64,000 nt of DNA from Anaerolineales bacterium (GTDB lineage: Bacteria; Chloroflexota; Anaerolineae; Anaerolineales; UBA11858). Under the pieces are notes generated by a model, which did not search any database, was not told the origin of the DNA, and saw nothing but the letters and a program-made list of their open reading frames with translations. Of the stretch, positions 58,639 to 64,000 are shown piece after piece. The stretch spans positions 38,943 to 102,942 of the forward strand of contig JBARSF010000071.1 of the NCBI GenBank assembly GCA_049644605.1, written 5' to 3'. Position 1 is the first letter of the stretch. Each line of letters begins with the position of its first letter. The position numbers and the translations under genes were made by a program.

Positions 58639-59849
58639 AAGTCCTGGCACTTATTCCTGCTCGCGGAGGATCCAAAGGTTTACTCAGAAAGAATATTAAA
58701 CCTCTCGGTGGGTACCCCCTGATCGGGTACAGCATTGCTGCTGCTTTAAAAGCAGAACTGGTTACCAGGACAATTGTGTCAACTGACGATTCTGAAATTG
58801 CTGACCTGGCCCGGGAATATGGGGCGGAGGTGCCTTTTTTAAGACCGGATGAGTTTGCCCAGGATGATACCCGGGATTTGCCGGTTTTTCAGCACGCTTT
58901 ATCATGGCTCGCAGAACAGGATAATTATCACCCGGATATGATTGTTCAACTTCGTCCCACCAGCCCTTTCCGTCCTCCGGGATTAATTGACGGGGCGATC
59001 AAGACTTTACTTAATTTCCCAGAAGCGACTTCTGTTCGGGGTGTAGTCCCTTCCAAGCAAAATCCGTTTAAGATGTGGAGAGTACAAGCTGATGGAAAAA
59101 TGGCTCCACTGCTAGAAACAGAATATCCGGAACCTTTTAACATGCCCCGCCAGGAACTGCCGCCCACTTACTGGCAGACCGGACACATTGATGTCATTAA
59201 TACAAAAACCATTCAGAATGGATCTATGTCCGGAGATACAGTTTATGCCTATCATATCGATTCGCTTTTTTCTATAGACCTGGACAACTCACTGGATTGG
59301 AAACGGGCCGAAGAGCGTCTAAAATCATTGGGGGCTCAAATCATTCTGCCAACACAGCATAAGAAGATCATCCCGGATGGGATTTCTCTGCTGGTCCTTG
59401 ATTTTGATGGGGTTTTGACAGATGACCGGGTGTATGTCAATCAACACGGAGAGGAAACTGTAGCAGCGCACAGAGGCGATGGGATGGGTATTTCTCTTGT
59501 GAAAAAAGCTGGGATTGAAGTGATTATTCTTTCCAAGGAAAAAAATCCAGTGGTAAAAGCGCGGGCAGAAAAATTAGAGGTCCCGGTATTTCAAGGGATA
59601 GATGAGAAAGGGGAAGTCCTGCAGTCTTTAATGGCGGAAAAAAAGCTCTCTTCCTCCCAGGTTGTTTATCTGGGTAATGATATAAATGACCTGCCATGTT
59701 TCCCTCAGGTAGGTGTTGCTGCAGCCGTTGCTGATGCCCATCCTGCTGTAATTCAAAAAGCCCAGCTTATATTAAGTAAAAAAGGCGGCCATGGAGCCGT
59801 CCGGGAATTGTGTGATTTATTATTGGAAAGCATTAGAGGCAAGGAATAA
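58623..59849 (+). CDS. neuA: Fusion: N-acylneuraminate-type cytidylyltransferase (NeuA-like) + KdsC/YrbI-type HAD sugar-acid phosphatase
   Basis: The N-terminus ALIPARGGSKGLLRKNI is NeuA-type CTP_transf_3. The C-terminal ~165 aa, LVLDFDGVLTDDRVY...RGDGMGI...YLGNDINDLP...GGHGAVRELCDLLL, aligns closely with KdsC as I recall it. Confidence 0.85.
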   Translation: MDSMVEVLALIPARGGSKGLLRKNIKPLGGYPLIGYSIAAALKAELVTRTIVSTDDSEIADLAREYGAEVPFLRPDEFAQDDTRDLPVFQHALSWLAEQDNYHPDMIVQLRPTSPFRPPGLIDGAIKTLLNFPEATSVRGVVPSKQNPFKMWRVQADGKMAPLLETEYPEPFNMPRQELPPTYWQTGHIDVINTKTIQNGSMSGDTVYAYHIDSLFSIDLDNSLDWKRAEERLKSLGAQIILPTQHKKIIPDGISLLVLDFDGVLTDDRVYVNQHGEETVAAHRGDGMGISLVKKAGIEVIILSKEKNPVVKARAEKLEVPVFQGIDEKGEVLQSLMAEKKLSSSQVVYLGNDINDLPCFPQVGVAAAVADAHPAVIQKAQLILSKKGGHGAVRELCDLLLESIRGKE

Positions 59850-59869
59850 TACGGTCGGAGGATTTGAAT

Positions 59870-60775
59870 ATGAAACGGGAAGTAAAGCTGGGAAATCGCC
59901 GGGTAGGAGATAACCATCCTGTATACATTATTGCTGAGATCGGCATTAATCATAATGGTGATCTGGGTGTTGCAAAACAATTGATCGATGCAGCGGTCGA
60001 AGCAGGTTGTGACGCGGTGAAATTTCAAAAGCGAACCCCAAAATTATGTGTTCCTTCAGAGCAGCGTGACAAGATGCGGCATACTCCCTGGGGATATATC
60101 AGCTACATGGAATACCGTGAGAAGGTAGAGTTTGGCAAAGATCAATTCAGTGAAATAGCGGATTATTGTCAAGAAAAGAAAATTGATTGGATGGCATCAG
60201 CCTGGGATGAGCCTTCAGTGGATTTCCTGGAGCAATTTGATCCTGTCCTTCATAAGGCGCCTTCAGCCTCGTTAACAGATAAGGCATTATTAAGTAAGAT
60301 GCGTCAGCAAAATCGTCCACTAATGCTTTCTACCGGAATGTCGGAAATGGATCAAATTACGGCAGCGGTAGACTTGATCGGAACTGAAGATCTAATTCTC
60401 GCTCACTGTACCAGTACCTATCCCTGTCCTCCAGAAGAGCTGAATTTAAAAATGATTGAAACACTTCGGAAGATGTATCCCTGCCCGATTGGTTATTCAG
60501 GTCATGAGGTAGGGCTTCCTACCACCATTGCGGCGGTTACTCTTGGTGCGTCTGTTATTGAACGACATATCACCCTGGATCGGGCGATGTGGGGTTCAGA
60601 TCAAGCAGCTTCTGTAGAACCGGGCGGGCTGCGCAAATTAGTAAAATATATCAGAGTTGTTGAAAATGCCCTTGGTGATGGTGTAAAAACAGTCTACGAT
60701 AGTGAACGCCCCAGTCTGGAAAAACTTCGTCGGGCTGACACGCTTCCCATACGGGGTAGATTTGAGAAAAAATAG
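59870..60775 (+). CDS. neuB: NeuB-family nonulosonate (sialic-acid-type) synthase, short form
   Basis: PVYIIAEIGINHNGDL, DAVKFQ, ASAWD, and YSGHE motifs of NeuB. ATG 59870 is 7 nt after GGAGGA. At 301 aa it is too short to hold the C-terminal SAF/antifreeze-like domain. Confidence 0.85.
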   Translation: MKREVKLGNRRVGDNHPVYIIAEIGINHNGDLGVAKQLIDAAVEAGCDAVKFQKRTPKLCVPSEQRDKMRHTPWGYISYMEYREKVEFGKDQFSEIADYCQEKKIDWMASAWDEPSVDFLEQFDPVLHKAPSASLTDKALLSKMRQQNRPLMLSTGMSEMDQITAAVDLIGTEDLILAHCTSTYPCPPEELNLKMIETLRKMYPCPIGYSGHEVGLPTTIAAVTLGASVIERHITLDRAMWGSDQAASVEPGGLRKLVKYIRVVENALGDGVKTVYDSERPSLEKLRRADTLPIRGRFEKK

Positions 60776-60862
60776 ATCCAAATATTGCATTTCTCTTGAT
60801 TCATGGACTCAGCCATAAACCGTGGTTTCTGGAAATATATAGAAATAACAAAAGGGAGAAAA

Positions 60863-61522
60863 ATGTTTCACCTTCTGAGGGTGTTAAAATCCTTACCCAT
60901 AACTAAGAAAAAACGGCGTCACGGGATGGTAGGTCCTCCATATTTATGGAAGATGAAAAGAGAATTTCAAATAAAGTTCCTTAAGGATATGGATTTAAAA
61001 CCAGATCATTATCTTCTTGATCTTGGCTGTGGGACTCTCAGGGGTGGAATCCCGATCATAGAGTATTTAGAGATCGGTCATTATTTCGGAATCGAAGTCA
61101 GAAAGGAAGTGCTGAATGAAGGTCAGAAAGAGTTGGTAGAGACCGGCCTGGAATGGAAAAAACCAAACCTCTTGATTTCCTCTGATATAACAAATTATAA
61201 AATTGATCAAAAGTTTGACTTTGTCTGGGCTTTTTCGGTACTGCCGCATATGAGTGATGAAATACTTGTAGATAATCTGACCTTTGTTAGCAAACATTTA
61301 GCCGATGATGGCGTGTTTTATGCCAACGTCAATATAGATGAGCGGGAAGAAAAAAACTGGCAGGGTTTTCCAATCGTTTCCAGGACTTTTGATTTTTACA
61401 GTCAGAAATGTGAGGAGAGTGGTTTATCAGTCTCCTGTGTTGGAATATTAAAAGACTTGGGGCATATATCGAACCAGACATTACCAGATAGTCAAACAAT
61501 GTTAAAGATAACCAAAATTTAG
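60863..61522 (+). CDS. Class I SAM-dependent methyltransferase
   Basis: Motif I LLDLGCGTLRGG. ATG 60863 is preceded by AAGGGAGA; the ORF allows 60803. Confidence 0.7.
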   Translation: MFHLLRVLKSLPITKKKRRHGMVGPPYLWKMKREFQIKFLKDMDLKPDHYLLDLGCGTLRGGIPIIEYLEIGHYFGIEVRKEVLNEGQKELVETGLEWKKPNLLISSDITNYKIDQKFDFVWAFSVLPHMSDEILVDNLTFVSKHLADDGVFYANVNIDEREEKNWQGFPIVSRTFDFYSQKCEESGLSVSCVGILKDLGHISNQTLPDSQTMLKITKI

Positions 61523-61626
61523 CTTGGAAATAATATTCTCGTATTTTTTTTTGGTTGTTATCATGCATATAGAGACAGTAATTTTATTTTAACAACTTTA
61601 CCAGTTGAAGAATAATCATACTCCTG

Positions 61627-63228
61627 ATGAAAGAATATCTCAATAAATTTAAACGGATGTTAATTTGGTTACAACAAACTGGTCGATTGTATTATTTAAA
61701 TCGGAAAATTGAATCCAATGCAGTTGAGAACTCCCAAGACAGTCCGGTAATATTTTTTAATGCCTCTGCTCGGTTGGCAGGGTTAAACCAAAACGCTGCC
61801 TTTTCAATGATCAGCAGCTGGGGGGTCCGATTGGCTGGAAGACAGGTTTATCATTTTGCCTGCCAATCCGGGATGAGCCATTGTGTTCTGGGAGCCGGAT
61901 TAGGTGATCCGAAAGCCAAACCACCCTGCCGGAGATGTATAGCAGATACAAACAGGTTTACAGGGGCTGCTCCCACAGTCTGGTTTGATTACCAGGAAAA
62001 TTCTGACCTGAGAAAAACTCTTGACGGAAAAAGCTTGGCTGAATTAAAAGAGCTGCAGTATCAAGATCGTCCTCTGGGAAAACTGGTATTACCCAGCATT
62101 CGCTGGATCTTACGGCGGCATCACCTGGAAAATAATGAGGTAACAAATTATCTATACCAGGAATATATTCTTTCAGCACATAATATTGCAGAAAATTTTT
62201 CTGAGTTTATGGCAGAAGTAAATCCTGCAGCAGTTGTAGTTTTTAATGGGCTGCAATTTCCGGAGGCAACTGTACGCTGGGTGGCGAAAGAACAAGGTGT
62301 CCGGGTAATCACTCATGAGGTGAACCTGCAACCCCTGTCTGCTTTCTTTACGGATGGGCAGGCCACAATTTATCCCTTGGAGATCCCGGAGAGTTTCAAA
62401 TTGTCCGAAGCTCAAAACCAGGCCCTGGATACCTATCTTCAAAAACGGTATCGGGGGGAGTTTACGATGGCCGGGATCAAGTTTTGGTCGGCGATGGATC
62501 AACTTCCAGCCGATTTTATATCCCACCTGGATGAATTTAGAGGCATTGTTCCTGTTTTCACCAATGTGATTTTTGATACCAGCCAATCCCATGCTAATAC
62601 CCTCTTCCCGGAGATGTTTTCCTGGTTGGACCTGGTTCATGAAACAGCGCAAAAACACCCCGAGATTTTATTTGTGATCCGGGCACACCCGGATGAAATG
62701 CGGAAAGGAAAGAGCAGCCAGGAAAGTGTCGTTTCCTGGTCTCTTGAGCGGGAAGTGGAAAATCTACCTAATTTGATTGTTGTTGGACCGGATGAAACTT
62801 TAAGTTCTTATGAACTAATCCAACGTTCAAAATTCACCATGGTATATAACTCTTCAATAGGGTTGGAAGCTACTTTGTTGGGTGCACCCGTATTATGCGC
62901 CGGCAAAGCCCGCTATACTCAATATCCCATTGTCTTTTATCCAGATTCCAGGGCCGAGTACGAGCGCCTTTTGAACTCATTTTTGACAGCGGAAGAAATC
63001 CAGATTCCTGGTCAGTTTTATGAGAACGCCCGCAGGTTTTTGTATTACCAGCTCTTTCGCGCCTCCCTGCCCTTTGATGAATTTCTGGTTGACGCTCCCA
63101 CGCCCGGGTATGTCCAGCTGAAAAATTTTTCCTGGAAGAAATTAATTCCTGGGTCCACACCAGCCGTGGATTGTATTGTGAATGGCATCCTCCATGGGGA
63201 TGATTTTTTACTGAAGGAAACGCGTTAA
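61627..63228 (+). CDS. Capsule_synth family protein (KpsC/KpsS-like CMP-sugar-acid glycosyltransferase candidate)
   Basis: LFVIRAHPDE and MVYNSSIGLEATLLGAPVLCAGKARY match the conserved C-terminal pattern of KpsS/KpsC/LipA-type capsule proteins as I recall it. Confidence 0.6.
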   Translation: MKEYLNKFKRMLIWLQQTGRLYYLNRKIESNAVENSQDSPVIFFNASARLAGLNQNAAFSMISSWGVRLAGRQVYHFACQSGMSHCVLGAGLGDPKAKPPCRRCIADTNRFTGAAPTVWFDYQENSDLRKTLDGKSLAELKELQYQDRPLGKLVLPSIRWILRRHHLENNEVTNYLYQEYILSAHNIAENFSEFMAEVNPAAVVVFNGLQFPEATVRWVAKEQGVRVITHEVNLQPLSAFFTDGQATIYPLEIPESFKLSEAQNQALDTYLQKRYRGEFTMAGIKFWSAMDQLPADFISHLDEFRGIVPVFTNVIFDTSQSHANTLFPEMFSWLDLVHETAQKHPEILFVIRAHPDEMRKGKSSQESVVSWSLEREVENLPNLIVVGPDETLSSYELIQRSKFTMVYNSSIGLEATLLGAPVLCAGKARYTQYPIVFYPDSRAEYERLLNSFLTAEEIQIPGQFYENARRFLYYQLFRASLPFDEFLVDAPTPGYVQLKNFSWKKLIPGSTPAVDCIVNGILHGDDFLLKETR

Positions 63229-64000
63229 TGAAGTTTTATTATCGAATTAAACGAGTTTTAAAACTGTTCCGATTGGAATTGCGGCGTGTACAAGCAGCCC
63301 GGCGCTGGGGAAAAGAAGCTTTAGATAAATCACCCCAGATATTTGGAAACGCTATCCCCAAAGCCGGTTCGCATTTACTGATACAAGTACTCCTGGGGTT
63401 AACTGAAATTGGACCCTTTGTAAACCCTGGATTCCCCCCAGTCAACAGGTTTGAAGGCAATACACGTTTGGAGCTGGACGAAAGGATAAAAGAAATTAAT
63501 CGTATGCGACCGGGGGAAATCCGTTATGGTTATGCAGGTTGTTGGGAGCCCTATATTTCAGCGATCACAGCGCCGGGACGGGCTTCGGTTTTTATCTTCC
63601 GGGATCCCCGGGATCAATTAGTGTCTCATGTTTTTTATGCGACTGAAATCCACACTGGTCATGGTATGCATGAATATTACAATAACGAACTCAAGACCAT
63701 GGAAGAAAGGTTAAATGTAGCCATTGAAGGCTGCACCATCCCGGGATTGATTTTACCTACCATTAGAGAGCGTTATGAGGAAAATCTGGAATGGTTTAAT
63801 CAGGAGAATGTTCTTTGTATTCGGTTTGAAGGTCTAATCCTGGATAGTGAAAACACAATTGGCCGGTTGCTGGATTATATCCAGCGGTTTGGGGTTGAGT
63901 TTTCAGTACCCCGGTCTCAGGCGATAACAATTGTTAAAAATTCAATTCAACCCAGAAAATCAGGCACCTTTCGAAAAGGGCAGCCGGGAAATTGGAAAGA
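63228..64000 (+). CDS. Sulfotransferase domain protein (3' end beyond window)
   Basis: Not in the ORF track because it has no stop in the window. ATG at 63228 overlaps the previous stop (TAATG), and I checked by hand that the frame is open to 64000. Motifs: IPKAGSHLL (5'-PSB), IFRDPRDQLVSH (3'-PB), TFRKGQPGNWK. Confidence 0.8.
   Translation, partial: MKFYYRIKRVLKLFRLELRRVQAARRWGKEALDKSPQIFGNAIPKAGSHLLIQVLLGLTEIGPFVNPGFPPVNRFEGNTRLELDERIKEINRMRPGEIRYGYAGCWEPYISAITAPGRASVFIFRDPRDQLVSHVFYATEIHTGHGMHEYYNNELKTMEERLNVAIEGCTIPGLILPTIRERYEENLEWFNQENVLCIRFEGLILDSENTIGRLLDYIQRFGVEFSVPRSQAITIVKNSIQPRKSGTFRKGQPGNWK

Overview
All calls come from reading the sequence and the supplied ORF translations. I could not run BLAST or HMM searches, RNA folding or GC statistics. 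The window is a moderately AT-rich bacterial chromosome segment; an Anaerolineae-like Chloroflexota origin is only a guess. Bases 1-25988 are mostly housekeeping, largely on the minus strand: recA, an M23 peptidase, a PD40/TolB-like propeller protein, an RsmF-like rRNA methyltransferase, tandem DegV paralogs (one interrupted by an in-frame TAA), tRNA-Arg(GCG), an HtrA-like protease, a TPR-SLT transglycosylase, nth, asparaginase II, a GAF-PAS histidine kinase, holB, pcrA, tsaE, tsaB and a family-4 UDG. From about 26.0 kb to the window edge lies one large cell-surface glycan locus. It encodes a nucleotide-sugar dehydrogenase and epimerase, an MBOAT plus SGNH-like O-acylation pair, and the Wzm/Wzt ABC exporter. 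It also has a formyltransferase/SDR/aminotransferase triad, rfbCBAD, gmd-fcl, several glycosyltransferases and a wHTH regulator. The remaining genes are a TauE permease, a USP, a fused ATP-sulfurylase/APS-kinase (PAPS synthase), a NeuA-KdsC fusion, a short NeuB, a Capsule_synth (KpsC/S-like) protein and four sulfotransferase-type genes. The main candidate for something new is this locus: a self-sufficient sulfation module (PAPS supply plus four sulfotransferases) inside an ABC-transporter-dependent polysaccharide pathway that also makes a nonulosonic acid. Non-coding items worth a second look are a dense multi-hairpin element at 39.19-39.38 kb, a 10-bp-arm palindrome present both at the regulator promoter and inside a perfect hairpin 15.7 kb away, and a phased cluster of DnaA-box-like 9-mers at 49.55-49.69 kb. 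I saw no CRISPR array, transposase, integrase or rRNA.
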